Positions 28,881 through 39,048 are shown, numbered from the stretch's first letter. The stretch: DNA of 64,000 nt from Rhodobacterales bacterium (GCA_047921315.1 JBLRWJ010000001.1:46791-110790); one strand, 5' to 3'. The notes: generated by a model not told the origin, from the letters alone. A program made the numbers and translations.

Positions 28881-29795
28881 CTAAACTGGCCAACCTGCCC
28901 GTTGCAGCGCCGCATGTATCCGATCCTCTGCGTCCGGGCGCCCCGCGTTGATTGCCATTTTTTGCCAGAACCACCACAAATATGCAGCGTGATCGGGGAC
29001 CGCTTTCTGAACGTTCTGAAAGGCCCCGGCCACACCCAATTCATGCACATTTGCCGCGATATGGTGAAAATCTGCGCGGGCAAACAGAAGGATCGGTTTG
29101 TTGAAAAACAGCGCGTTGAATGCAGCAGAAGAATTTTGCGTCACGACATAATCACAGGCTGGCAAAAGGCGATCCATCGCGCCTGTCTTGATGCTTAGCC
29201 TTGGATTGGCCTCTGCCAGATCATGGATCACGCGCCGCTCTGTATCGGTGTAGGTTTCCTTTGGATGAAAGGTCGCCACAATCATGCGGTCCGGGTCAAG
29301 GCGCAGCGTTGCCTCCAGCATCTCAACCGGGCTTGCCGATTGGAAAGACCGTTTGTCCATCAACCGCCCTTGCAATGGCACATAGACAAACCCATCCCGG
29401 CGCGCCTTTTCTGCCATAGGAAACAAACGCTTGCGCCAGAAATTCGCAAAGCGTGCCGCTTCGTCCAGATCAATGTCATCTGGGGAGAAGACCGTCTTTG
29501 CAACATGCCAATCCCATCGTTGTGCTGTCTGCTCTATCTGCCAGAACGGGTAGTGATAGACCCTTCGCATGGTTAATGCGCTTGCATGTATGGGGTGATC
29601 CATGTGGAACATCGCAAAACCGGGTCGCAACGCTGATGCCAACCGCGCGGTGCTGGAATTGGGGCGATACGCGATCTTGTGGCCTGCTGCCTGCAAAACA
29701 GATGCGATTTTACCGATAAAATTATGATCGCCCGCCTTGGCGCTGATGCGCAGGCTATCATCAAGATAAAAGGTGATCGTTTGCGCCTGTGCCAT
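28881..29795 (-). CDS. hypothetical protein, GT-B / capsule-polysaccharide-synthesis (KpsS/KpsC)-like by motif
   Basis: [13 protein letters not shown]...[10 protein letters not shown]...[25 protein letters not shown] resembles the Capsule_synth pattern (PLQ..D, HP, T.NS..g.EAl..gkPv). Start placed at MAQAQT (29795). Assigned by eye only. Confidence 0.45.
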   Translation of the reverse strand: MAQAQTITFYLDDSLRISAKAGDHNFIGKIASVLQAAGHKIAYRPNSSTARLASALRPGFAMFHMDHPIHASALTMRRVYHYPFWQIEQTAQRWDWHVAKTVFSPDDIDLDEAARFANFWRKRLFPMAEKARRDGFVYVPLQGRLMDKRSFQSASPVEMLEATLRLDPDRMIVATFHPKETYTDTERRVIHDLAEANPRLSIKTGAMDRLLPACDYVVTQNSSAAFNALFFNKPILLFARADFHHIAANVHELGVAGAFQNVQKAVPDHAAYLWWFWQKMAINAGRPDAEDRIHAALQRAGWPV

Positions 29796-29893
29796 GGTCA
29801 GAAACGCTACGCCCTGACAAGCATACAGACAAGTCCGGCCCTTGTGCCTTGCGCCGCAAGCTTCCATATATCGGGCAGAAACAGGAGGGCCCA

Positions 29894-30451
29894 ATGGCTG
29901 ATACCCACTTTCCCGGATGGCACGGAACCACGATCATTGGCGTCAAGAAAGACGGCAAAGTGGTGATCGCAGGTGACGGGCAGGTCAGTTTGGGGCAAAC
30001 GGTCATCAAAGGCACCGCCCGCAAGGTGCGGCGGTTGTCACCCGGCGGCTTTGACGTTGTCGCAGGTTTCGCAGGATCAACGGCAGATGCATTTACCCTG
30101 CTGGAGCGGCTGGAAGCCAAGCTTGAGGCAACGCCGGGCCAATTGGCGCGCGCTTCTGTCGAACTGGCCAAGGACTGGCGCACAGACAAATATCTGCAAA
30201 AGCTGGAAGCCATGCTGATTGTGAGCGATGGTGCCGATATCTATGTCATCACCGGGGCTGGCGATGTTCTGGAGCCAGAACATGACGTCACGGCGATCGG
30301 ATCGGGTGGGAATTATGCTTTGGCAGCCGCCCGCGCGATGATGGACAGCGATCTGACAGCCGAGCAGATTGCCCGCAAAGCCATGGCGATTGCATCGGAT
30401 ATTTGTGTTTATACCAATGGCAACCTGACGGTTGAGACGATCGGGAAATAA
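29894..30451 (+). CDS. hslV: ATP-dependent protease subunit HslV
   Basis: [25 protein letters not shown]-terminal Thr-protease motif. Start at MADTHF (29894). Confidence 0.93.
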   Translation: MADTHFPGWHGTTIIGVKKDGKVVIAGDGQVSLGQTVIKGTARKVRRLSPGGFDVVAGFAGSTADAFTLLERLEAKLEATPGQLARASVELAKDWRTDKYLQKLEAMLIVSDGADIYVITGAGDVLEPEHDVTAIGSGGNYALAAARAMMDSDLTAEQIARKAMAIASDICVYTNGNLTVETIGK

Positions 30452-30474
30452 GCCATTTCCCCGGAAGGAATACC

Positions 30475-31782
30475 ATGACAGACCTGACCCCCCGCGAGAT
30501 TGTGTCCGAGTTGGACCGTTTCATCATTGGACAGAAAGATGCCAAACGCGCTGTCGCGGTTGCCCTGCGCAACAGGTGGCGGCGCAAACAATTGGGCGAT
30601 GATCTGCGCGATGAGGTCTATCCCAAGAACATCCTGATGATCGGACCCACCGGCGTAGGCAAAACCGAGATCAGCCGCCGTCTGGCCAAGCTGGCGCGTG
30701 CGCCCTTTCTCAAGGTTGAGGCAACGAAGTTTACCGAAGTTGGCTATGTCGGTCGGGATGTGGAGCAGATTATCCGCGATCTGGTGGATATTTCAATCGC
30801 CATGACACGCGAACACATGCGAGACGATGTCCGCGCCAAGGCCCATCTGGCCGCAGAAGAGCGGGTGATCACCGCCATTGCGGGCGAAGACGCACGCGAG
30901 GCGACGCGCGAGATGTTCCGCAAAAAGCTGAAATCAGGCGAGCTGGACTCGACTGTGATTGAATTGGATGTGGCCGATTCCTCAAGCCCTTTCCCGATGA
31001 TGGACATCCCCGGCCAGCCCGGCAACCAGATGGGGATGATGAATATTGGTGATCTGTTCGGCAAGGCCTTTGGTCAACGTAAACAGCGCAAGCGGCTGAG
31101 CGTGGCAGAAAGCTATGATATCCTGCTGGGTGAAGAGGCGGACAAGCTGCTGGACGATGAAACAGTGAACCGCGCCGCGATTGATGCTGTTGAGCAGAAC
31201 GGCATCGTTTTTCTGGACGAGATTGACAAGGTCTGCGCGCGGTCCGATGCCCGTGGCGCCGATGTCAGCCGCGAAGGCGTGCAACGCGACCTGCTCCCGC
31301 TGATTGAGGGCACCACCGTCAGCACGAAATTCGGACCGGTGAAAACCGATCATGTGCTGTTCATTGCCTCTGGCGCATTTCATATTGCCAAGCCATCAGA
31401 TCTGTTGCCAGAGCTTCAGGGCCGCCTGCCGATCAGGGTAGAACTGCGCGCCCTGACGGAAGAAGATTTTGTTCGCATCCTGACCGAAACTGAAAACGCC
31501 CTGACGCGGCAATATTCCGCGCTTATGGCGACGGAAGAGGTGACAGTCACCTTTACCGAAGACGGGATTGCGGCGCTGGCCAAGATCGCTGCCGAGGTTA
31601 ACCATACCGTCGAGAATATCGGCGCCAGACGGCTTTATACCGTGATGGAGCGGGTCTTTGAGGAACTGTCCTTTACCGCGCCAGACCGGTCAGGGCAGAA
31701 TGTTGTTGTGGATGCAGCGTTTGTGGATGCAAATCTGGGTGAATTGATGCGGTCGGCTGATATCAGCCGCTATGTGCTGTAA
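30475..31782 (+). CDS. hslU: ATP-dependent protease ATPase subunit HslU
   Basis: [16 protein letters not shown], Walker [20 protein letters not shown], Walker [11 protein letters not shown], and the C-terminal AAA lid. Confidence 0.95.
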   Translation: MTDLTPREIVSELDRFIIGQKDAKRAVAVALRNRWRRKQLGDDLRDEVYPKNILMIGPTGVGKTEISRRLAKLARAPFLKVEATKFTEVGYVGRDVEQIIRDLVDISIAMTREHMRDDVRAKAHLAAEERVITAIAGEDAREATREMFRKKLKSGELDSTVIELDVADSSSPFPMMDIPGQPGNQMGMMNIGDLFGKAFGQRKQRKRLSVAESYDILLGEEADKLLDDETVNRAAIDAVEQNGIVFLDEIDKVCARSDARGADVSREGVQRDLLPLIEGTTVSTKFGPVKTDHVLFIASGAFHIAKPSDLLPELQGRLPIRVELRALTEEDFVRILTETENALTRQYSALMATEEVTVTFTEDGIAALAKIAAEVNHTVENIGARRLYTVMERVFEELSFTAPDRSGQNVVVDAAFVDANLGELMRSADISRYVL

Positions 31783-31810
31783 TCCGGTCTGGTGCATCCA
31801 TGGCCCCGCA

Positions 31811-32398
31811 TCACCTGTGGCGGCGCAGATAGACATAATAGGCCCCGGCGCCACCATGGGATATATGCGCCTCGGTGATCTGGAGAACCGCCTGCGCAAG
31901 CGGCGGGGATGACAACCAGTTGGGCACCTGATGTTTCAGGATACCGCGCGGAACAGGAATTGGCCCGCCTTCATCCCGGTCGCGCCCCTTGCCGGTGATC
32001 ACCAAGACCAGCCGCTTACCGCTGGCCTGCGCCCGCAAGATAAAAGCCGTAAGCGCGGGATGCGCACGATCCATGTTCATGCCGTGTAAATCAATGCGGC
32101 CTTCAGGGACAAGCTTGCCGCGCTTCATCCGGGCAAAGGCCTTGCTGTCCATGCTGACCGGGGCACCGCGAAGCTGATCGGCCAAAGCGGGCTTCAGATC
32201 ATGGGCCACTGTCGCCTGACGGGTGGCTTGTCCGACAGAAAATTCAGGCAAGCGCGGTTGCGGTGTCTTGCGGGGTTTTGGCTTGGGCCTTGGCGGATGG
32301 TCTTCGCCGCGCGTCGCTTCGGGGTGCAATCTGTCTGTCGTGGCCGCAATCTGACGCCACAGCTCAACCTCATCGGGTCGCAAACGGCGGCGGGTCAT
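31811..32398 (-). CDS. Smr domain protein
   Basis: C-terminal Smr domain IDLHGMNMDRAHPALTAFI...LVLVITGKG. Confidence 0.8.
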   Translation of the reverse strand: MTRRRLRPDEVELWRQIAATTDRLHPEATRGEDHPPRPKPKPRKTPQPRLPEFSVGQATRQATVAHDLKPALADQLRGAPVSMDSKAFARMKRGKLVPEGRIDLHGMNMDRAHPALTAFILRAQASGKRLVLVITGKGRDRDEGGPIPVPRGILKHQVPNWLSSPPLAQAVLQITEAHISHGGAGAYYVYLRRHR

Positions 32399-33447
32399 TC
32401 GGAGCCATCCATGTTTGCCATCGCATAGGCGCGCTGGATCGGCAGCAACACAATCATCCGCCCCGGATCCCTGAGTTGCCCAGCCGCACGCCCGGCCGTA
32501 TCACCCGTGCCAAAAAAGATATCCGCCCGCTGCGCCCCCTTGATAGCCGAGCCGGTATCCTGCGCAATCATCAGGCGGCGCATGGGTGTTGCGCCATCCT
32601 TTTCGATCCACACAGGGGCGCCCAAGGGGGTATAGGCCGGATCAACCGCTATCGTGCGCAGATCAGTGACAGAGCGGTTCATCGCGCCCAATGGCCCCCG
32701 GTCTGCCGCAACGTGACTAACCTCGCGGAAAAACACGAATGACGGGTTGTGGCGCAGCAGCTCCAGCCCCGCTTCGCTGTTGCGGCGCACCCAGTTCTTG
32801 ATCACCTCAGCGGATACCTGATGCGGCTCATAGGTGCCGCGCCGCACAAGTTCAGCACCGACAGACCGATAGGTATGGCCATTCGCCCCGGCATAGCCAA
32901 CGCGGATGCTGCGCCCATCCGGTAGCTTGATCCACCCTGATCCCTGGATCTGCAGAAAAAACAGCTCTACCGGATCATCAACCCATGCAATCTCCAGCCC
33001 GCGCCCCTGCATGACGCCTGAGGTTTCGATGTCATGGCGAGACAGCCAGATATCATTGCCGCGCGCCTCTGGTGGCAAGCGATAGACCGGAAACCTGTAG
33101 CGGCCACCCGGAACAAGAGAGCCGGACAGTTCCGGTTCAAAATACCCCGTAAAAAGGGCATCTTTGCCATCCTCAATAAGGACGGGACGAAAGAACAGCT
33201 CAAAGAACGCGGTGGCGTTTGCATGCAGCCGGTGCTCTGCCTGCGCGACAGCACACAGGCTGGACCAATCAGGGTCTTTCATATCCATGCAGGTGTTCAG
33301 AAAAGCACGAAGGGCCGCTGAATGATCATCAGCAGCCCAACCGTCCAACTGGCTGAAATCAAGAACCGTGTAGCTTGGTTGTGACTGTGCGGGAGATGCC
33401 GTCATTGTCAGCCAACCCAAGGCCAGTGCTTTCAGCGCCCGGATCAT
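32395..33447 (-). CDS. mltA: membrane-bound lytic murein transglycosylase A
   Basis: Signal peptide MIRALKALALGWLTMTASPAQS. MltA domain and C-terminal 3D domain (MIAQDTGSAIKGAQRADIFFGTGD). Start taken at 33447, abutting the upstream stop. Confidence 0.85.
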   Translation of the reverse strand: MIRALKALALGWLTMTASPAQSQPSYTVLDFSQLDGWAADDHSAALRAFLNTCMDMKDPDWSSLCAVAQAEHRLHANATAFFELFFRPVLIEDGKDALFTGYFEPELSGSLVPGGRYRFPVYRLPPEARGNDIWLSRHDIETSGVMQGRGLEIAWVDDPVELFFLQIQGSGWIKLPDGRSIRVGYAGANGHTYRSVGAELVRRGTYEPHQVSAEVIKNWVRRNSEAGLELLRHNPSFVFFREVSHVAADRGPLGAMNRSVTDLRTIAVDPAYTPLGAPVWIEKDGATPMRRLMIAQDTGSAIKGAQRADIFFGTGDTAGRAAGQLRDPGRMIVLLPIQRAYAMANMDGSE

Positions 33448-34103
33448 TCGCCCGTGGCGACAAGCTGCCAATTCGGATCATCGGTGCCCATCACCCGTGC
33501 AAACGTCCAGATATCTTTCTGGCGCTTGATCTCATTTGGCTTGCCTTCAATGATCTCACCATCGCTGTTGCGCACAACCGAGGTGAGTTCACCCACAAAC
33601 TTGACCGACACTTCGCCAAGGTTGCTGTCTTTGTCAAAGGTGGCGCTGTTCAGGCTCAATTCGCGGATACCGATAAATTCGGCATCGATGCTCAGGCCCT
33701 GTTCTTCGCGCATTGCGACAACTTCGGCAAAAGTCTCATAGACATCATCCGCAAGGAAATCCTTGATGCTGTCCATATCGCCGCGCTCGAAACCCATCAG
33801 GATCATCTCATAGGCGTATCGCGCACCTTGCAAAAACTCTGCCACGCTGAATGAAGGGTCAACCCGTTTCATCGCCGTCAGTGTCTTGGCTGTTTCGCTG
33901 CCCGGTTCAACATTATCTATGATGTCGTGGTCCGGCCCGCCTTCGATCACTTCAAAATCGCGGCGACGGTCAGGTTGGGCGGCCTCACGCGGGACGGGGG
34001 GCTTTTCAAAGCCCTCGCGTGTGCCCAAAACATTTTTCAGACGAAGAATCAGAAAAACAGCGATGCCGGCAAGTACCAGAAGCTGAAGGATGGGCGAATT
34101 CAT
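33444..34103 (-). CDS. Tim44-like domain protein
   Basis: N-terminal TM helix (ILQLLVLAGIAVFLILRL), then a C-terminal Tim44-like fold. Sits in the conserved alphaproteobacterial position between fxsA/secB and mltA. Confidence 0.75.
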   Translation of the reverse strand: MNSPILQLLVLAGIAVFLILRLKNVLGTREGFEKPPVPREAAQPDRRRDFEVIEGGPDHDIIDNVEPGSETAKTLTAMKRVDPSFSVAEFLQGARYAYEMILMGFERGDMDSIKDFLADDVYETFAEVVAMREEQGLSIDAEFIGIRELSLNSATFDKDSNLGEVSVKFVGELTSVVRNSDGEIIEGKPNEIKRQKDIWTFARVMGTDDPNWQLVATGE

Positions 34104-34208
34104 TTGAACCTCTCGGGGGGTCTGGCATGGAAAGCGTGCGTTATCGCTCTTATGTAGGGGGAAGGGTGGGCCAAGTCCACCGTAGGCGGGAATGAAAGGA
34201 ATCCTCGG

Positions 34209-34724
34209 ATGTGGCTTTTTGTTGCATTTGTAGCAATACCGATCATCGAGATCGCTCTGTTCATTCAGATTGGCGGCTGGATCGGCTTGTGGCCAACGCT
34301 GGCGATTGTGGTGTTAACGGCTGTTTTTGGCACGATCCTGGTGAAAGCGCAGGGGCGGTTGGCCATGATGAACCTGCAACGCTCGTTTTCCGAGCTTGAT
34401 AATCCAACCGAACCTCTCGCCCATGGGGCAATGATCCTGATTGCAGGCGTTTTGCTGCTTACGCCCGGTTTTTTCACCGATGGCGTTGGATTTGCCCTGT
34501 TGATGCCGGGGATACGCACCACGGTTTTCCGCTTTCTGCGCGCCCGCATCAAAGTGGCCCATTTTCAGATGGGTCAGGGTGATCCTGTGCGCAGGTCAAA
34601 CCCAGACCCGTTTGATGCGCAGGGTCATGGGCCGCACCGCCCGGATGTGATTGACGGGGAGTTCTACGAAGTGGAGCCCAACAAGAAACCCACACATCAC
34701 CCTTCAGGCTGGACAAAGCATTGA
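34209..34724 (+). CDS. fxsA: FxsA family membrane protein
   Basis: PIIEIALFIQIGGWIGLWPTLAIVVLTAVFG...LLLTPGFFTDGVGFALLMP, typical of FxsA/UPF0716. Confidence 0.85.
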   Translation: MWLFVAFVAIPIIEIALFIQIGGWIGLWPTLAIVVLTAVFGTILVKAQGRLAMMNLQRSFSELDNPTEPLAHGAMILIAGVLLLTPGFFTDGVGFALLMPGIRTTVFRFLRARIKVAHFQMGQGDPVRRSNPDPFDAQGHGPHRPDVIDGEFYEVEPNKKPTHHPSGWTKH

Positions 34725-34821
34725 GGGTATATATTGCCCTATGAGTCCAAGGCTTGGCATTGAGGCTGGGCCAAGCGGCTGCTAGACAACCGGCAGCAAA
34801 CATTTAATCCGGAGAATTCCC

Positions 34822-35328
34822 ATGGCCGAGAATGGCGCAACAGACACAGCAGCACAGCCAGCGGCACCCGCCCCGCAACTGAAGATGAGCATCCTCAGCC
34901 AGTTCATAAAGGATATGTCCTTCGAGAATGTTCTGGCCCAAAAAGGCGTCAGCGGCGAAGTGCAGCCAGACGTCAAGGTTCAGGTTAATCTGGATGCCAA
35001 AAAGCGGACCACGGAAAACCAGTATGAAGTGACCTTGAAGCTTGTCGTCGACAGCTCGGTCAAGGATAGCACTTCAAAGCTGTTCCTGCTGGAGCTTGAA
35101 TATGCAGGCGTCTTCCATATTGAGGGCGTGCCCACTGACCAGATGCACCCGTTCTTGCTGATTGAATGCCCGCGGATGCTGTTCCCGTTCGTGCGCCGCA
35201 TTGTATCAGATGTGACTCGTGACGGTGGTTTCCCGCCACTGAACATGGATGTCATTGATTTTGTTCAGCTTTACCGCAGTGAACTGGCGCGCCGCCAATC
35301 TGAACAGGCCGCAACGCCAAACGCATAA
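34822..35328 (+). CDS. secB: protein-export chaperone SecB
   Basis: ILSQFIKDMSFEN...LECPRMLFPFVRRIVSDVTRDGGFPPLNMDVIDF. Confidence 0.92.
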   Translation: MAENGATDTAAQPAAPAPQLKMSILSQFIKDMSFENVLAQKGVSGEVQPDVKVQVNLDAKKRTTENQYEVTLKLVVDSSVKDSTSKLFLLELEYAGVFHIEGVPTDQMHPFLLIECPRMLFPFVRRIVSDVTRDGGFPPLNMDVIDFVQLYRSELARRQSEQAATPNA

Positions 35329-35345
35329 TGTTGCGCGCTGCGCGC

Positions 35346-36035
35346 TCAGCCCTGTTTTAACCATAATGCGCCGTCGCCCATCGCCTTTACAAAGGCAGCA
35401 TGGGCGGCGGCTTCTTCATCCGAAATACGCGCTTTCAACGGCATTTGGCGCGGTTTAGGCCGCCAGTTATCCGTATTTGTTGTATTATCCTCAGACAAGG
35501 TTGACGCGGACAAACCAAAGTCAGGCTGTCTTCCGCCGATCAGTTCAAGATACACTTCCGCAAGGATCTGGCTATCCAGAAGCGCGCCATGCAGCGCACG
35601 CTCCATCTGGATTCCAAAACGCCGGCACAGCGCATCCAGTGACGCGGGTGAGCCGGGAAATTTCTTTCGCGCAATCAACAATGTATCTATGGCCTGATCC
35701 ATGGGCAAAAGCGGCAGCTTGACCCATCCCAGCTCGGCATTAAGAAATTTCATGTCAAATGCAGCATTGTGGATCACCAGCTTGGCATCCCCCACAAATT
35801 CCAGAAATTTTGGCCCGATTTGCGCGAAAAGCGGCTTGTCCCGCAGAAAATCATTGCCCAGACCATGCACCTCGAAGGCGGCTTGCGGCATGTCACGCTG
35901 CGGGTTGATATATTCATGAAATGTGCGCCCCGTGGGCATGTGGTTGTAAAGTTCAACCGCGCCTATCTCAACGATCCGATCACCCTCTGCGGGTTCAAAG
36001 CCTGTTGTTTCCGTATCAAGTACGATTTCACGCAT
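35346..36035 (-). CDS. dnaQ: DNA polymerase III epsilon subunit (3'-5' exonuclease)
   Basis: ExoI IVLDTETTG, ExoII VIHNAAFDMKFL, ExoIII HGALLDSQILAEVY. Confidence 0.92.
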   Translation of the reverse strand: MREIVLDTETTGFEPAEGDRIVEIGAVELYNHMPTGRTFHEYINPQRDMPQAAFEVHGLGNDFLRDKPLFAQIGPKFLEFVGDAKLVIHNAAFDMKFLNAELGWVKLPLLPMDQAIDTLLIARKKFPGSPASLDALCRRFGIQMERALHGALLDSQILAEVYLELIGGRQPDFGLSASTLSEDNTTNTDNWRPKPRQMPLKARISDEEAAAHAAFVKAMGDGALWLKQG

Positions 36036-36621
36036 TCTCTATCTGCTTTCTGATATCGGCCAAAACGGCGCGCACCTGTTCGGCGGCATGATCCGCTGTA
36101 TCGGTGATAATCACATAATCTGCACGCGCCCGCTTGTCTGCATCCGGCATTTGCTTTGCCAGGATCGCGTTGAACTGATCCTCTGTCATCGTACCACGCC
36201 CCATCACGCGGCGTTTCTGCTCAACCGGATCAATTGAGACACACACCGTGGCATCAACACGCGCGTCACCGCCATTTTCAAACAGCAGCGGAATATCCAA
36301 GACAATGATATCAGCCTGACTCGCCTTGATGAACTCAGCACGGTCTTTTGCTACCAAAGGATGAACAATCTGCTCGATCACGCGCAAAGCATTGGGGTCG
36401 TGGCCAATAATCCGCTTGAGGGCATCACGGGACACCGCACCATCAATCACCGCATCCGAAAATGCCGCTGCGATCGGGGCAACCGCATCGCCATTGGCGG
36501 CGTAAAGACGGTGCACCGCAGCATCTGCATCCCAGACCGCACAGCCTTCGGCTGCAAAAACCTTTGCCGTGGTGGATTTACCCATCCCGATTGATCCGGT
36601 CAGTCCAATCAGAAATGTCAT
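36028..36621 (-). CDS. coaE: dephospho-CoA kinase
   Basis: P-loop IGLTGSIGMGKST. 8-nt overlap with dnaQ. Confidence 0.9.
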   Translation of the reverse strand: MTFLIGLTGSIGMGKSTTAKVFAAEGCAVWDADAAVHRLYAANGDAVAPIAAAFSDAVIDGAVSRDALKRIIGHDPNALRVIEQIVHPLVAKDRAEFIKASQADIIVLDIPLLFENGGDARVDATVCVSIDPVEQKRRVMGRGTMTEDQFNAILAKQMPDADKRARADYVIITDTADHAAEQVRAVLADIRKQIENA

Positions 36622-37466
36622 TTTAGCACCGCCGCCCGCGTATCGGCATCAACAACAGGGCGCGTGCCGAACCACCGCTCAAACCCCGGGACAGCCTGAT
36701 GCAGAAGCATGCCCAACCCATCCACTGTAATACATCCCATATCTTGTGCGACACGCAGCAATCTTGTTTGCAACGGCGCATAGACCAGATCCGTGACCAA
36801 TGCGCCTTTTTGCAAACCATCCAACGGGATACGCAGTTCTGGCTTTCCCACCATTCCCAATGATGTTGTATTCACAACCGTCGCGGCATCCTCCAGCATG
36901 TTGCCAGCCTGCACCCAATCCACAACGCGCAGACGGTTGCCAAAGTCATGCTGAAGCCCTTCCGCCCTGATCCGCGTCCGGTTGGATATCATGATCTCTG
37001 GCACGCCCACGTCCAGCAGGGATGCGATAACTGCACGGGCGGCACCACCGGCACCAAGAACAGCGGCAGGCCCGGCTGTAGGCATCCATCCCGGCGCATT
37101 TTGGCGTAAATTCTCGATAAAGCCGTAACCATCGGTATTATCGGCATGAATCTTTCCGTCCTGGCGAAAGATCAGCGTGTTCGCGGCCCCAATCAACGTG
37201 GCGCGATCCGTGACCAGATCCGCAATCTCAAGAACTGCAACCTTGTGGGGGATGGTGACATTGACCCCGACAAACCCTGCCTTGGGCAGGCTGCGCAGCA
37301 CTTGGATCAGATCATCCTGACTGACCTCCATCGGGATGTAGAACCCCGGAATACCAAGCGATCTAAGCCAGTGGCCATGCAATAACGGTGATTTGGAATG
37401 TGCAACGGGTGATCCGATCACGCCAGCAAGCGGGATTCGCTGCAAGGGCTTGGACTCTATCGTCAT
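36618..37466 (-). CDS. aroE: shikimate dehydrogenase
   Basis: VIGSPVAHSKSPLLH, NVTIPHK, and NADP loop LGAGGAARA. Confidence 0.9.
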   Translation of the reverse strand: MTIESKPLQRIPLAGVIGSPVAHSKSPLLHGHWLRSLGIPGFYIPMEVSQDDLIQVLRSLPKAGFVGVNVTIPHKVAVLEIADLVTDRATLIGAANTLIFRQDGKIHADNTDGYGFIENLRQNAPGWMPTAGPAAVLGAGGAARAVIASLLDVGVPEIMISNRTRIRAEGLQHDFGNRLRVVDWVQAGNMLEDAATVVNTTSLGMVGKPELRIPLDGLQKGALVTDLVYAPLQTRLLRVAQDMGCITVDGLGMLLHQAVPGFERWFGTRPVVDADTRAAVLK

Positions 37467-38062
37467 GCTTCGATGTCTCCCCTCAACGACAGATAAGACA
37501 CTATATCCAGAAGTGGCAGCCCCAACACGGTGAAATAGTCACCATCAACCCGCGAAAACAGGCGCACACCCTCTTTCTCCAACTTATAGGCGCCGACCGC
37601 ATCAGCAATATCCGGCCAGTTTCGATCCAGATAGCCATCAAGCCAAGCCTCGCTGAAATCACGGACAAACAAGCGCACCTGCCCGATATGACGCCAGATC
37701 GGTTTGCCGGCCTCGCAGATGACGACAGCAGATAACAGGCTGTGCCGCTTGCCACGCAGCTGCATCAGTTGCTGACGCGCCTCTGCCCGAGACCGGGGTT
37801 TGGAAAAGACCTGCCCACCGAAATCCAGAACCTGATCACATCCTATCACCATAGCATCAGGATTTTTTTTACTGACCCGCAGAGATTTCATCTCAGCCAG
37901 CGCATCAGCCAGATCGCGGGGTGTAGCACCATCAGCCAACAAGGCCGAGCGCAGCATTTCTTCGTCAACACGCGGCTGTTCGACCAAAAATTCCAGACCC
38001 GCCTGGGCCAGAAGCTGCGCACGGATTGTGGAACCCGAAGCGAGTATCAATGTTTGCGCCAT
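37463..38062 (-). CDS. maf: Maf-like nucleoside triphosphate pyrophosphatase
   Basis: LILASGSTIRAQLL N-terminal motif and YKLEKEG near the C-terminus. Start at MAQTLI (ATG 38062). Confidence 0.85.
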   Translation of the reverse strand: MAQTLILASGSTIRAQLLAQAGLEFLVEQPRVDEEMLRSALLADGATPRDLADALAEMKSLRVSKKNPDAMVIGCDQVLDFGGQVFSKPRSRAEARQQLMQLRGKRHSLLSAVVICEAGKPIWRHIGQVRLFVRDFSEAWLDGYLDRNWPDIADAVGAYKLEKEGVRLFSRVDGDYFTVLGLPLLDIVSYLSLRGDIEA

Positions 38063-38207
38063 GTGTATAACCCGGTGGATCACGGTAAGAATTTCTTAGG
38101 GATGATTACTGGGCAATTTAGCTTTTCGATGCAAGGCAAGGCTGAGGAGGGGATAAGTTAAAAATCCGGGCTCTGTTGTCCCCATGTGTGGGGGATGGAT
38201 TGACCGA

Positions 38208-38216
38208 TGTGGGTAA
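38208..38216 (-). promoter_or_regulatory. DnaA box, one mismatch (TGTGGGTAA vs TGTGGATAA)
   Basis: Read directly from the sequence; reverse orientation. Confidence 0.5.
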
Positions 38217-38340
38217 ACCAAGTCAACCACAGCTTATTACAAGTTCCATACACAGCCAGAAAACCCAATGATGATTTTAAGGTATTGTTTTATATAATAA
38301 ATATCCTTGAATAGTGAGATATTTACAATCATTCCCAATC

Positions 38341-38349
38341 TTATCCACA
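38341..38349 (+). promoter_or_regulatory. DnaA box, perfect consensus TTATCCACA
   Basis: Read directly from the sequence. Confidence 0.7.
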
Positions 38350-38386
38350 GAGACACGCGGCTGTGATGATCCTGAAGATAACACTG

Positions 38387-38395
38387 TAATCCACA
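38387..38395 (+). promoter_or_regulatory. DnaA box, one mismatch (TAATCCACA)
   Basis: Read directly from the sequence. Confidence 0.5.
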
Positions 38396-38478
38396 GCTAA
38401 AGTGATGCTCTACATAAACATCATCCTTTTCTCTTATATATTTATTTTTTAAGAGGGATCAGCGATCAAGGGGATCTC

Positions 38479-38928
38479 ATGACTGATTTTCTGGCACTGG
38501 CCTACCCATGGACAAAATCCCTGCATATCATTGCAGTCATCACATGGATGGCCGGGGTGTTCTATCTGCCAAGGCTGTTCGTATATCACACAGAACAGTC
38601 GATTCCGGGTGACAGCCGCGATCAGGTGTTCACAGTGATGGAGTTCAAACTCTATCGTTACATCATGAACCCGTCGCTCATTGCTGTCTGGGTCTTTGGC
38701 CTGCTTTTGGTCATCACACCGGGGATTGTGGATTGGTCTGCTATCTGGCCATGGGTCAAAGCTGCTGCTGTTCTGGGCATGACATGGTTCCACATGTGGT
38801 TGGGGCAGCGCCGCAAGGAATTTGCATCGGGAGCGAACAGATTATCAGGTCGTGGTTACCGATTGATGAATGAAGTACCGACCGTGCTGTTGATCGCCAT
38901 TGTGGTTGCGGTGGTTGTCAAATTCTGA
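38479..38928 (+). CDS. hemJ: protoporphyrinogen IX oxidase HemJ (UPF0093 membrane protein)
   Basis: KSLHIIAVITWMAGVFYLPRLFVYH motif; about 149 aa with four predicted TM helices. Confidence 0.82.
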   Translation: MTDFLALAYPWTKSLHIIAVITWMAGVFYLPRLFVYHTEQSIPGDSRDQVFTVMEFKLYRYIMNPSLIAVWVFGLLLVITPGIVDWSAIWPWVKAAAVLGMTWFHMWLGQRRKEFASGANRLSGRGYRLMNEVPTVLLIAIVVAVVVKF

Positions 38929-39048
38929 TGCGAATTGACTTGCGGGCCGGCTTTACCTAAACAGCGGATAAGCCGCCCGTCCGGGCGGATGTTTCCATCG
39001 CAGCCAAGATCAAGCGCCGGGCCGTTGCCCGGTCTTCAGGATATCCCC

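Larger units (their letters stand above)
38063..38478. other. probable chromosomal replication origin (oriC)
   Basis: The only long non-coding gap in the window (about 416 bp). Visibly AT-rich tracts at 38271-38330 and 38430-38452. One perfect and two one-mismatch DnaA boxes. Flanking operons diverge from it. parS/parAB lie 3-7 kb to the right. Confidence 0.7.

Noticed and set aside
38063-38478. CtrA-binding sites (TTAA-N7-TTAA) inside the putative origin, as in Caulobacter.
   Set aside because: I checked each TTAA in the gap and none has a second TTAA at the 7-nt spacing.
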